This document shows, piece by piece, positions 29,075 to 39,365 of a stretch of DNA of 59,784 nucleotides (positions are counted from its first letter, which is position 1; every line of letters starts with the position of its first letter). Location: the NCBI GenBank assembly GCA_022709715.1, contig JAKLIH010000002.1, positions 1 through 59,784 of the forward strand, given 5' to 3'. The translations under genes and the position numbers were made by a program. Source of the DNA: Patescibacteria group bacterium (GTDB lineage: Bacteria > Patescibacteriota > Minisyncoccia > UBA6257 > JAKLIH01). A model generated the notes under the pieces. It worked only from the letters and a program-made list of their open reading frames with translations. It was not told the origin of the DNA and made no database searches.

Positions 29075-31021
29075 ATGGAAAAGGAAAAAGAATTTTTAAT
29101 TTTAAATGTTACCCCCTATTTTTTAGAAAGGGATGAAGTTTGATTTAAAAAAAATGAAACAAAGTTAAAAAATGCAATTAAAAGACAATCGTGATGAGGT
29201 GACAAAGGATTATTAATTTATCAAGGCCAAAAAATTGTTCAATCTACTTTAATTAAAGCGATTAATGATTTAAATTTTGAAAAAGTTGATTTTGTAAGAT
29301 TTAAAGGTGAATATAGCGTTCGAGGCAATATTGTTGATATTTTTACAATCAATTATCTAAAACCAATTAGAATTGAATTTGTGTCAAACTATGTTTCGGA
29401 TGTTGATTTTATGGAAGTTAGAGAAATAGAGCCAGAGTATATTAAAAAAAGAGAAAAATTGTTGAAACATTTGCCAGAGCTCAAAGGTTTAAGAGATGGT
29501 GATTATGTGGTTCATATTGATCATGGCATCGGCATTTTTAGAGGTTTTTTTGAAGAAAATGAACAAAAGTATTTTGATATTGAATATGCGCCACCTAGTA
29601 ATAGCAATAATCCGGATAGATTGCTGGTGCCACTGGATAAGAGTGAAAAATTAAATTTATATTATGGGTTTGATAAACCAACCATTCATCGATTATCAAC
29701 TCAAACTTGGTTTAATACTAAGAAAAAAGTTAAAGAAGATTTAATTAAATTAGCAGGTGAACTTTTAAGGTTATATGCTAAGGTAAATTTAGCTAAAGCG
29801 CCAAAACTTGAAAAAGACGACTATTTAGAAGAAGAATTTAGAAAAACATTTGACTATTCAGAAACACCTGATCAAGAAAAAGCTATTGATGAAGTTTTAA
29901 GTGATTTAGAAAAAGACGAGCCAATGGACAGATTGGTTTTAGGTGATGTTGGTTTTGGCAAGACCGAAGTGGCACTGCGGGCATCTTTTCGATCAGTAAT
30001 AAATAAAAAACAAGTAATTGTATTGGCGCCTACAACTATTTTGGCTAAGCAGCATTTTGAAAATTTTTCCGAAAGAATGAAAAAATTTGATATAAAAATA
30101 GCCATGCTATCGCGTATGCAAAAACCAAAGGAAGTAAAAACAATATTACAAAATTTAAAAAATGGGAAAATAGATATTGTGATTGGCACTCATAAATTAC
30201 TTGGAAAGGCAATTACTTTTAAAGATTTAGGACTATTGATTATTGATGAAGAGCAAAGATTTGGGGTCAAACAAAAAGAAAAATTGAGGAGCAATTATGA
30301 AAATGTTCATATTTTAAATTTATCCGCTACACCAATTCCAAGAACTTTAAATATGGCATTGTCCGGTTTTAAAAAAATATCAAACATTTTAACTCCGCCA
30401 ATTAATCGCCAGGAAATACAAACTTATATTTTACCTTATAAAGATGATTTGGTGGTGAACGCTATTTCGGATGAAATAAAACGAGGTGGTCAAGTTTTCT
30501 ATATTCATAATAGAGTGGCTAATATTTATAATGAAGTAGTGAGATTACAAAAACTATTGCCAAAGGTGTCGATTGAATTTTTGCATGGTAGATTGTCTGA
30601 AAACCAAATATTAAAAGTTATGGATGATTTTAAAAATAATAAAATTCAAGTTTTGGTAACTACGGTAATTGTTGAAAATGGTTTGGATTTAAGTAATGTA
30701 AATACTTTGATTGTGGATGATGCAACTCGGTTTGGTTTATCACAATCCTATCAACTTCGAGGTAGAATCGGACGAGGAATAACTAAGGCCTATGCTTACT
30801 TTTTATATAATAAAGATTTGAAAGATAAAGCCAAACAAAGATTGGAAGCATTGAAAGAAGCAAATTATTTGGGAGCAGGGTATCAAATTGCTATGAAAGA
30901 TTTAGAATTACGTGGTTCAGGAAATATATTGGGCAAAGAACAATCAGGAAATATTAATAAAATAGGTCTTAATTTGTATTGTCAAATGTTGAATGAGACA
31001 ATGGAGGCATTAAATACGTAA
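29075..31021 (+). CDS. mfd: Mfd-like transcription-repair coupling factor lacking the UvrB-homology N-terminus
   Basis: The N-terminal piece joins ORF 29381 in frame via TGA codons. CarD/TRCF-like domain (DYVVHIDHGIG.F), SF2 helicase motifs (GDVGFGKTEVA, DEEQRFG, SATPIPRT, QLRGRIGR). Confidence 0.75.
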
Positions 31022-31222
31022 ATAGTAATTAGTAAGTAGTAATAAAAAGAGTAAATAGTAATTAGTAATGAAAAGAGTAATTAGTAAAAATGTAATATTC
31101 TAATAATCTTATTATTGTATTTTCTTTTTTACTATTGTCTTCCCATCGTCTTACCATTGTTTTACTGCTGTATTCCAGTTGTTTTCCTAATTACTAATTA
31201 TCATTTGTCAATTACTCTTTCT
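31022..31222. repeat. inverted pair of heptamer arrays with no ORF between them
   Basis: Forward GTAA words at 31022-31095 abut the mfd stop. Reverse-orientation words (..cctaattactaattatcatttgtcaattactc..) at 31128-31222. Confidence 0.7.
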
Positions 31223-31288
31223 GCTTTGTATTTGCTAAGAAAATAGTTTGACATTTTAAGTATAGTGATATAAGATTAATTCAATATT

Positions 31289-31359
31289 AGGGGCATAGTT
31301 CAATGGTAGAATAGCGGTCTCCAAAACCGTGGATCCCCGTTCGAATCGAGGTGCCCCTG
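31289..31359 (+). tRNA. tRNA-Trp (anticodon CCA)
   Basis: aggggca..tgcccct acceptor, G73, anticodon loop ct-CCA-aa (31321-31323). Paralogous to the tRNA at 18597. Confidence 0.9.
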
Positions 31360-31418
31360 CCTCCGGCAGGCAGGCCTGCCTACGGTAGGTAAACCTGCCT
31401 TTGGCAGGCAGGCCTGCA
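31356..31418. repeat. three tandem type-B GC palindromes (cctgcc-N3/4-ggcagg) starting inside the tRNA 3' end
   Basis: cctgcctccggcagg / cctgcctacggtagg / cctgcctttggcagg, followed by caggcctgcaaac as after the tRNA at 18669. Confidence 0.75.
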
Positions 31419-31456
31419 AACAGAAAACATCATCTGAAAAGATGGTGTTTTTTGGT

Positions 31457-31485
31457 TTGACAAAAGATATTTATTGTGTTAATGT
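31457..31485 (+). promoter_or_regulatory. cassette promoter TTGACA-N17-TAATGT
   Basis: ttgacaaaagatatttattgtgttaatgt, then RBS taaggagatgaaatATG. Confidence 0.5.
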
Positions 31486-31527
31486 TTTTTTAGAAAATTC
31501 AACAATTTATATATAAGGAGATGAAAT

Positions 31528-32370
31528 ATGCCATTAAAAGAAGATTTATTAAAAATATATGACTTGGTTAGTCATTTTTCAGAAGGATTAGCTGCAGTTA
31601 AACAGGGCGAGAAATATTTTCACATTAAACCTGACGGCGCTCCTGCGTATGAAGAAAGGTTTGATTGGGTCCTTCATTTTTCAGAAGGATTAGCTTTAGT
31701 AAAACAAGCAAACCAATGTTTTCATATCAAGCCTGACGGTGTCCCTGCTTATGAAGAAAGGTTTAACAGTGTTCGTTCTTTTTCAGAAGGATTAGCTGCA
31801 GTTAAACAGGGCAAGAAATGTTTTCACATTAAACATGATGGTACCCCTGCTTACGAAGAAAGGTTTGATGATTCTGCGTCTTTCTTAGAAGGATTGGCTG
31901 CTGTTAAACAATTTGGACAATGGTTTCATATCAGACCTGATGGGACCTCTGCTTACGAAGAAAGGTTTGGTAGGGTTGAATCTTTCTTTGAAGGAGTAGC
32001 TGCAGCAGAACAAGATGGAGAACGTTTTCATATTCAACGTGATGGTACCCCTGCTTACAAAGAAACGTTTGACTTGGTTAGTTATTTTTCAGAAGGGTTG
32101 GCAAGTGTTAAACAAGGCAAGATATGGTTTCACATTAAACATGATGGTACCTCTGCTTACGAAGAAAGGTTTGACTGGGTTAGTTCTTTTTCAGAAGGAT
32201 TAGCTGCAGTTAAACAAGGCAAGATATGGTTTCACATTAAACATGATGGTACCCCTGCTTACGAAGAAAGGTTTGATGTTGTTCAATGTTTTGTAAAAGG
32301 GTTGGCTGTGGTTAAACAAAATAGGAAATGGTTTCATATCAAATTTGATGGTACTCCTGTTCAAAAATAA
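31528..32370 (+). CDS. WG/KWG-type repeat protein (8 repeats of about 34 aa)
   Basis: Repeating unit FSEGLAAVKQG.K.FHIK.DGTPAYEERFD.V. DNA repeats are nearly identical in places. 6 Trp, all TGG, and no TGA. Confidence 0.7.
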   Translation: MPLKEDLLKIYDLVSHFSEGLAAVKQGEKYFHIKPDGAPAYEERFDWVLHFSEGLALVKQANQCFHIKPDGVPAYEERFNSVRSFSEGLAAVKQGKKCFHIKHDGTPAYEERFDDSASFLEGLAAVKQFGQWFHIRPDGTSAYEERFGRVESFFEGVAAAEQDGERFHIQRDGTPAYKETFDLVSYFSEGLASVKQGKIWFHIKHDGTSAYEERFDWVSSFSEGLAAVKQGKIWFHIKHDGTPAYEERFDVVQCFVKGLAVVKQNRKWFHIKFDGTPVQK

Positions 32371-32509
32371 AAGTGAAGATAGCAAAAAAGGACACCGGCG
32401 ATCGGCCAGGACCTTTTTTATTTTAGTTTAACAACATCAATTATATTTTCTATGAAGAAAGTTATGGCTTTGTCTAGCCACCCCTGCCTTCGGCAGGGGT
32501 GGCATGCAT

Positions 32510-32538
32510 TTGACTTATGAATGAAAATATGTTACAAT
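32510..32538 (+). promoter_or_regulatory. cassette promoter TTGACT-N17-TACAAT
   Basis: ttgacttatgaatgaaaatatgttacaat. Confidence 0.5.
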
Positions 32539-32603
32539 GTAAATAACTTGTTTTTTTGTTCTTTCTAAATATATGCCGGCGGGCTAATACGCAAAGGAGA
32601 CAA

Positions 32604-32762
32604 ATGAAAAATATAAAAGTAACAAAGAGGGGAAATGATTATCATGCCTGTTTAGTTGAACAACCTGATATTTGGGGTTGTGGTAGAAGCATCGATGAGG
32701 CTATCGGTGATTTAATTAGAAATCATCAAGATACATTTGATATTACGATACACGAATGGTGA
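32604..32762 (+). CDS. small HicB/UPF0150-like protein (52 aa)
   Basis: SD aaaggagac before ATG 32604. ..YHACLVEQPDIWGCGRSIDEAIGDLI.. resembles the HicB-type antitoxin N-domain. Ends ..TGG TGA just before the terminator. No HicA partner seen. Confidence 0.45.
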   Translation: MKNIKVTKRGNDYHACLVEQPDIWGCGRSIDEAIGDLIRNHQDTFDITIHEW

Positions 32763-32788
32763 TTTATACTGGGCATTTGTAGCATAAT

Positions 32789-32815
32789 GGAACAGGGAAA
32801 ACCTGTTCCTTTTTT
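32789..32815 (+). terminator. rho-independent terminator
   Basis: ggaacagg-gaaaa-cctgttcc plus tttttt. Confidence 0.7.
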
Positions 32816-32896
32816 ATTTAGCGATTAATATATAACTTGAATATTTTGGGTAAATTTGATAGAGTATGGGTGTTAATAAAAAATTAATAATTTGCT

Positions 32897-33334
32897 ATGA
32901 AAAAGATTATAACGATTGTTTTTATTGCTATTGTTATATTGGCTTTGGTGATTACTTTTATTTATTTTAAAAATAAAAATACATCTAAAACTACAACTAT
33001 GAATACAGAACCATATGTTAAAACCGTTATTTTAAAAGAAGGTAATGGGGATGAAGCTGTTAATGGCAGCCGGGTTACAGTTAATTATACTGGTTGACTT
33101 ACCAATGGTAAAAAATTTGACTCAAGCTTAGATAGAAATAGGCCATTAGAATTTACTTTAGGAAATAGCGAAGTGATTGAAGGTTGAGAGAAAGGAGTAT
33201 TGGGTATGAAAGTCGGAGAAATTAGAAGATTAGAGATTCCTTCAAAAATGGCTTATGGCGAGCAAGATTTGGGGATTATTCCACCAAATTCGGATTTAGT
33301 TTTTGAAGTCGAATTATTAAAGGTTACGAAGTAA
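32897..33334 (+). CDS. FKBP-type peptidyl-prolyl cis-trans isomerase, membrane-anchored
   Basis: N-terminal TM helix. ..VTVNYTG-TGA-L.NGKKFDSS..R..P..F.LG...VI.G-TGA-E.G..GMKVGE.R.L.IP...AYG. Both TGA codons lie at canonical FKBP Trp positions. Confidence 0.85.
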
Positions 33335-33397
33335 TTTGACCTTGCAATTCATTAGATTTTATGATATAATTACTTGTATAAAATAAATCATTCAAAT

Positions 33398-33592
33398 ATG
33401 GGGATTTTTAGAAAAATTAAGAATGTTTTTAAAGAAGCATTTTTGGAATTAAAAAAAGTGCATTGACCAACCAAAAAGGAAGCTAGAGTTTTAACTGGTG
33501 CTGTGCTTGTGATTACAATTTTTTATGCTTTGCTATTAACAAGTATGGATTTTGGTTTGGCAGAATTATTAAAAATTATTATTATTAAATAA
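33398..33592 (+). CDS. secE: preprotein translocase subunit SecE
   Basis: 64 aa, ..ELKKVH-TGA-PTKKEA.. plus one TM helix. Immediately upstream of nusG. Confidence 0.75.
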
Positions 33593-33597
33593 CTTTT

Positions 33598-34146
33598 ATG
33601 GCTCGTCAGGAATTAGATTTAGGTAAAAATTGATATGTGCTTCACACTTCACCGGGTTATGAAGAAGCCGTGGCTAAAAATTTGAAATCAAGAATCGAAG
33701 CTTTTGATTTAGCTGATAAAGTTTTTGATGTTTTGGTACCAATAGAAAAGAAAATTAAAATTAAATCGGGTAAACGTCAAACGGTGGAAGAAAAGATTTT
33801 TCCTGGTTATGTGTTTGTGGAAATGTTGGTGGATGATACTTCTTGATATGTGGTGCGTAATACTCCACATGTAACTGGATTTATCGGTGCGGGAACAACT
33901 CCACTACCAGTGGATCAAGGCGAAATGAATATTATTTTTCAACGAATTGGAGGAGCGGAACCACATTATAAAATTAATTTTGATATTAAAGAAAGAGTAA
34001 AAATTACTGATGGCCCGTTTAAAGATTTTGAAGGTGTGATTGAAGAAATTGATAATGAAAAAGGTCGGATTAAAGTTTCAGTTGGTATTTTTGGCAGAGA
34101 AACTCCAGTTGATGTTGATTTCTTACAAATAAGTAAATTATCTTAA
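33598..34146 (+). CDS. nusG: transcription termination/antitermination factor NusG
   Basis: ..KN-TGA-YVLHT.PGYE.., KOW motif. Three same-frame pieces. Confidence 0.9.
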
Positions 34147-34170
34147 TAACTAGAAAATAAAAATTATATT

Positions 34171-34596
34171 ATGGCAGAAAAGAAAATAAAAGCACAAATT
34201 AAATTAGAAATTGCCGCTGGGGCCGCTAATCCAGCTCCACCCGTTGGTCCAGCTTTGGGACAACACGGTGTTAATATTCAAGAGTTTTGTTCAGCTTTTA
34301 ATGCTCAAACTCAAGAAAAAAAGGGAGATATTATTCCTGTAGAAATTACTGTTTATGAAGACAGAACTTTTTCTTTGGTTTTTAAAGAACCACCAGTAGC
34401 TAGCTTAATTTTAAAAATGGCTAATATCCAAAAAGGATCAGCTAATCCACTAGAAAAGAAAGTCGCCAAAATTACTAAAGATCAAGCTAGAGAAATTGCT
34501 CAAAGAAAAATGGTTGATCTTAATGCTAATGATATTGATGCAGCCGTTAAAATTGTTGAAGGCACAGCTAGAAGTATGGGGATAGAAGTACAATAG
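34171..34596 (+). CDS. rplK: 50S ribosomal protein L11
   Basis: ..[26 protein letters not shown].. is a canonical L11 sequence. Confidence 0.95.
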   Translation: MAEKKIKAQIKLEIAAGAANPAPPVGPALGQHGVNIQEFCSAFNAQTQEKKGDIIPVEITVYEDRTFSLVFKEPPVASLILKMANIQKGSANPLEKKVAKITKDQAREIAQRKMVDLNANDIDAAVKIVEGTARSMGIEVQ

Positions 34597-34790
34597 AAAA
34601 TCAAAGAGTAAGTGGTAAAAAGTAATTAGTAATTAAAAGAGTGAATAGTAATAAAAAGAGAAAAGAGTAATACAATAGTAAAACAATTGTAAAGCAGTAG
34701 TAAGACAGTAGTAAAAGAAAGAGTAAAAAGTAAATAGTAATTGGTAAATAGTAAAAAGTAATAAAACAATATTCCAATATTCAATATTCA
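34597..34790 (+). repeat. long degenerate heptamer (GTAA-word) array abutting the rplK stop
   Basis: agtaaaa agtaaat agtaatt ggtaaat agtaaaa ... Followed by terminator aaccatgac..gtcgtggtttttt (34796-34828). Confidence 0.8.
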
Positions 34791-34889
34791 AAAACCAAAA
34801 AACCATGACAATTAAGTCGTGGTTTTTTGGTTGAATAAAAATTGCGATTATGTTATAATGTCTTTAATATCAAAAAATAAATATTTTTA

Positions 34890-36371
34890 ATGATTAGCGA
34901 AGAAATACGAAAAAAATATATGCCGACAATTGGCCTGGAAATTCATTTTGAGCCAAAAACCAAACATAAAATGTTTTGTAATTGTTTAAATGATCCCGAT
35001 GAAACTATTCCGAATAAAAATGTTTGTCCAATTTGTTTAGCTCATCCCGGAGCACTGCCAACAATTAATAAAGAAGCTATTGAGTCTATTTTAAAATTGG
35101 GTATGGCTCTTGATTGTACAATTCCAGAAGTGGCACGATTTGATAGGAAAAATTATTTTTATCCAGATTTACCAAAAAGTTATCAAATTACTCAAGCCTT
35201 TTTACCTTTTTGTCAAAATGGTAAGTTAACACCATTTTTAGAGGACAACATTGAAGAAGTGTTAATAAAGGAAATTCATTTAGAAGAAGATACTGGAAAA
35301 CTGTTGCATAATGGGGATAAAACTTTAATTGATTATAATCGAGCTTCTCGACCTTTGATTGAGCTCGTTACACAAGCTTGTATACATGATGGTAAGACCG
35401 CTCGGGTGTTTGCAGAAAGTTTACAAGTTATATTAAGAAGTTTAAATATTTCAGATGCGGATATGGAAAAAGGGCAAATGAGAGTTGAAGTGAATGTGTC
35501 GGTTAGTCAGGATGATAAATTAGGAACAAAAACAGAAGTCAAAAATATTAATTCCTTTAAATCAGCCGAGAAAGCAATTGATTATGAAATTGAAAGACAA
35601 ATTGAATTATTGGAAAAAGGTGAAAAGATTTTGCAAGAAACCAGAGGGTGAGACGATACAAACACATGCACAATATCTCAGCGTATTAAAGAAGGGGCTG
35701 ATGATTATCGATATTTTCCTGAACCCGATCTACCCAATATAATTGTACGTGGCGAAAATGGGATGTTTGATTTAGAAAAATTGAAAAATGATTTAGGCGA
35801 ACTACCAAACAATAAAAAGAATAGATTGATGAATGAATATGGTTTGATATCAAATAAAGCTACATTTTTGGTGGTTAATAATTTAATTAGTGATTTTTTT
35901 GAAAAAACTAACGTTGAATTAAAAATATTAATTGGTGATAATCTAGTGACTGATCAAACTGTTAATTTAATTTATAATTATTTAGTGACCGATATTTTGG
36001 GAGGATTAGTAAATAAAAATTTAACCTTTAATGATTTAAAAATTTCACCTATTGAATTTGCAAAATTAATTAAATTGTTAGTTGAGAATAAATTGTCATC
36101 AAGAGGTGCAAAAATTATTTTAGAAAAAATGCTGATGGGTGAAAAAGACCCAGAAACAATAATGAAAAATAATAATTTGGAGCAAGTTTCCAATGATGAA
36201 GAATTACAAAAAATGATTGAACTAGTTTTAAATGAAAATGATAAATCAGTTCAAGAATATAAATCGGGAAAAGTGACAGTACTGCAATTTTTAATTGGTA
36301 AAACTATGGCTAAAACCAAAGGATCGGGCAATCCGGAAAAAATAAAAGAATTACTAGAAAAAATGTTATAG
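34890..36371 (+). CDS. gatB: Asp/Glu-tRNA amidotransferase subunit B
   Basis: Two same-frame pieces joined by TGA at 35649, at the 'TRGWD' Trp. ..DYRYFPEPDLP.. Confidence 0.9.
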
Positions 36372-36417
36372 TAGTATAATCTCATGAAACAAATTCAAAA
36401 TCAAAGACAATAATAAA

Positions 36418-36516
36418 ACCCGCCACGACTAACCAAAGGTTAGTGTGGGCCTGCCTGCCGGTAGGCAGGGGCTAGCCCCGCTTCGCTCCACAACCAACCA
36501 GAGGTTGGTGTGGGGG
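36418..36516. repeat. cluster of GC-rich palindromes (types A and B)
   Basis: ccgccacgactaacc-aaa-ggttagtgtggg, gcctgcctgccggtaggcagggg, and ctccacaaccaacc-aga-ggttggtgtggggg. The 34-mer 36438..36471 is identical to 59179..59212. Confidence 0.8.
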
Positions 36517-36729
36517 CTAGCAATATTCAATATCCAACGTTTTAAAAAATTAAATAAAAATATGATATAAAACAGCCAATATTGTTATAAATGTTGGCTG
36601 TTTTTTATTAAAAAGGGACTTGTATTTTAGGTACTTTTTTGGTATAATGATGTAGATTTATTTAATAATCCAATCGTAAAAAATATCTGTTTTTTCTTAG
36701 GTTTTAAGTTACGATTTAACATTTTTAAC

Positions 36730-37278
36730 ATGAAAAATTTGAAGGGTTATTTGTTAGAATTAGTGGAAGTGATTGCAATTGCTTTATTAATTGTTATACC
36801 AATTAGAATGTATTTAATTACACCGTTTTTTGTTAGGGGGCAAAGTATGGAGCCGAATTTTGAAGATGGTGATTATTTAATTATCGATAAATTGAGTTTT
36901 AGAGTTTCGGAACCAAAGCGTGGTGATATTGTAGTCTTTAAAGCTCCACTAGATGCCAAGAGTTTTTATATCAAAAGAATTATTGGCATGCCAGGAGAAA
37001 CAGTTGTTGTTTCCGAAGGAAAAGTTAAAATTATTAATGATGAACATTTAGATGGTTGGGAATTAAGTGAAAAATATTTGGAAAATCATTTTAACACTCC
37101 AGGCAATATTCAGATTAAATTGAATGTTGGTGAATATTTTGTGATGGGTGATAATCGGGAGGCCTCTTACGATTCTCGAGAATGAGGCAGTTTAAGAGCT
37201 GATAAAATTGTTGGCAAAGTTTGATTAAGACTAGCACCAATTAATAAAGCTCAAGCGTTTTTTGTAACGCAATATTAA
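36730..37278 (+). CDS. lepB: signal peptidase I
   Basis: ..GQSMEPN.., ..GDIVVF.., ..YIKRIIG.PGE.., ..GDNR..S.DSR.-TGA-G.. Confidence 0.85.
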
Positions 37279-37296
37279 TAATTATAAATATTAGTG

Positions 37297-38649
37297 ATGG
37301 CAAAAAAAGGTATACGGTTTGTGGATATTAAAGAAAAATTGAATCACAAAACTGATTCAAAGCGTAGTATCAAAACTAATAAAAATATAACATTAAAAAC
37401 CGTTAGTAAAACTAAAGATGTTTTCGGGCATAATTTAAAATTATGGAAATTACTAGAACACAAAATAGAAAAAATTTTGAATTTTTATCAATATAACAAA
37501 ATAGAAACACCCATGATAGAATATACAGAATTAATTTTAGGGGGTATTTTAAAAAATGAAGCCGAAAATAAAAAACAGTTTTTTCTAGTGGATAAGGTCG
37601 GTGAAAAATCGATAATTTTGAGACCGGAATTAATTTCAAGTATGATCCGAAGTTATTTCGAAAATAAAATGCAGAATCAAAATCAACCAGTTAAGATGTA
37701 TGAACTGGGCCAAGTGTTTTGAGACAAAACCGATAGTATTTTTAGCCAATTTTATCAATTAAGCTTAGAAGCCATTGGGGACGAAAGTCCAATTGTGGAA
37801 GTGGAAATGATTAATACCATTAAAAAGTTACTCGAAGAATTTAAGATTAATAATGTTAATTTTGAGATTAATAATATTGGTTGTGAGCATTGTCGAGATT
37901 TGTATGTTAAAGAGATAAAAAAGTTTTACAAAGAGAAAAAAACTAAATTGTGTAGTAAATGCAAAAAAGCTTTAAAAGAAAATATTTGAGATATATTTAA
38001 TTGTCATGAAGAGAAATGTAAAGCTTTAAGATCAGGACTTACTAATTTTGAAGAATTTTGATGTAATGATTGTAAAAATCATTTTTCAACTATTGTTGAA
38101 TATTTAGAATTTTTGAAAATTCCTTATGAAATTAATTCAAAATTATGAGGAGTCGGGCAATTTGAAAATAAATTTGTTTTTAAAATCAATTATAATGAAG
38201 GTGATAAAAAGAAAACTATTGGTCATGGTTTTAGGCATGATGATTTAGTGAAGACCATAAGTAATAATGGTAAGCATGGTATGGGAGTAACTTTGGATGT
38301 AAATACCTTATTTAAAATGATTCGAGATCAAAAAGCCGATAAAGAAGATAAAGATTTTTCAGTATTTTTAGTTCAAATTGGCGATACCGCTAAAAGAAAA
38401 GCATTTGAAATTGTAGAGAACCTAAGAAAAGAAAATATTTTAGTTAAAACTAATTTAAGTAAGGATAGCTTGCGAGCTCAAATCGCTATTGCTGAAAAAG
38501 AAAAAGTAAATTGCATTTTGGTGATTGGTCAAGAGGAAGTAATGAGAGGAGAAGTGATAATTCGTGATTTTCAATCAGGGTTGCAAGAAAGTGTTTCTTT
38601 TGCTAAACTAATACCAAATTTAGTGAAAAGAAAGAACCAAATTAATTAA
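37297..38649 (+). CDS. hisS: histidine--tRNA ligase (divergent)
   Basis: Three same-frame track pieces and the gaps between them joined by several TGA codons. Class II core, Cys-rich insertion and C-terminal anticodon-binding domain (..VFLVQIGD....A..I...LR..). Confidence 0.75.
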
Positions 38650-38674
38650 TAAAATTTAAATAAAAGAAAGAATA

Positions 38675-38899
38675 ATGGCTATTAAAATTACTAAGAAAGA
38701 TAAAGAATCAACTTCAGCTTTTTTGTATAGAGTTAGTCAAGTGATACAAAAAAGTGGTGTTTTATTGGAAGCTAATAAACATCAAACCGCTGCCAGAAAA
38801 AACAATGAAAGAGGGAAAAAATTATCAGCAATCCATAAATTAAAAGTTCGAAAAGAAATCGAACATAAGAAAAAAATGGGTATATCTTTAAAAAAATAA
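38675..38899 (+). CDS. rpsU: 30S ribosomal protein S21
   Basis: 74 aa and basic. ..FLYRVSQVIQKSGVLLEANKH.. parallels E. coli S21 ..[20 protein letters not shown].. Confidence 0.7.
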   Translation: MAIKITKKDKESTSAFLYRVSQVIQKSGVLLEANKHQTAARKNNERGKKLSAIHKLKVRKEIEHKKKMGISLKK

Positions 38900-38903
38900 T
38901 ATT

Positions 38904-39350
38904 ATGGGATTTGAGTGTTTTGTGTTTGATGAATTTGGAATTGATGATTGACAACGAAAAATTATTGATAAAATTGTTTCTAAAATTTTTAAAACCGATT
39001 CATTTTGTCAAATTTTAAAATCAAAAAAGATAAAGAATGTTGAATTTTCTTTGGTCTTGTTAGAAGATAAGCCGGCCAAAAAAATAAATAATAACTTTCG
39101 GCATAAAAATAAAATTCCAGATATTTTATCTTTCCCATTTAAAGAAAAAGAAAGTGACAAAACTATTTTAGGAGATATAATTATTACACCACATCAACTG
39201 GGAAAAAATTATAAAGATGCTATCGAAGGTTATCAAAAATTATTGATTCATGGTTTGCTTCATTTGTTAGATTTTGATCATATTAAAAATTCTGATTTTA
39301 AAAAAATGTATTCTTGAGAAAAAACTATTTTTCAAGAATTAAACAATTAG
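38904..39350 (+). CDS. ybeY: rRNA maturation endoribonuclease YbeY
   Basis: HGLLHLLDFDH zinc-binding motif. In-frame TGA at 38949 and 39315. Confidence 0.8.
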
Positions 39351-39365
39351 TTAAAATTAATATTT

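Noticed and set aside
31356-31418. Tandem cctgcc..ggcagg units as a possible mini-CRISPR array
   Set aside because: The units are 15-nt palindromes spaced about 4-5 nt apart with no unique spacers. The same motif is dispersed singly elsewhere, so the behaviour is REP-like.
32015-32385. Internal ORFs 32015..32203 (+) and 32200..32385 (-) within the WG-repeat gene
   Set aside because: These are alternative-frame and antisense artefacts of the tandem DNA repeats. The main frame is continuous with clear repeat-protein periodicity.
32604-32762. A complete HicAB toxin-antitoxin pair
   Set aside because: Only a HicB-like N-domain fragment of 52 aa is present. No HicA-like ORF is adjacent on either strand.
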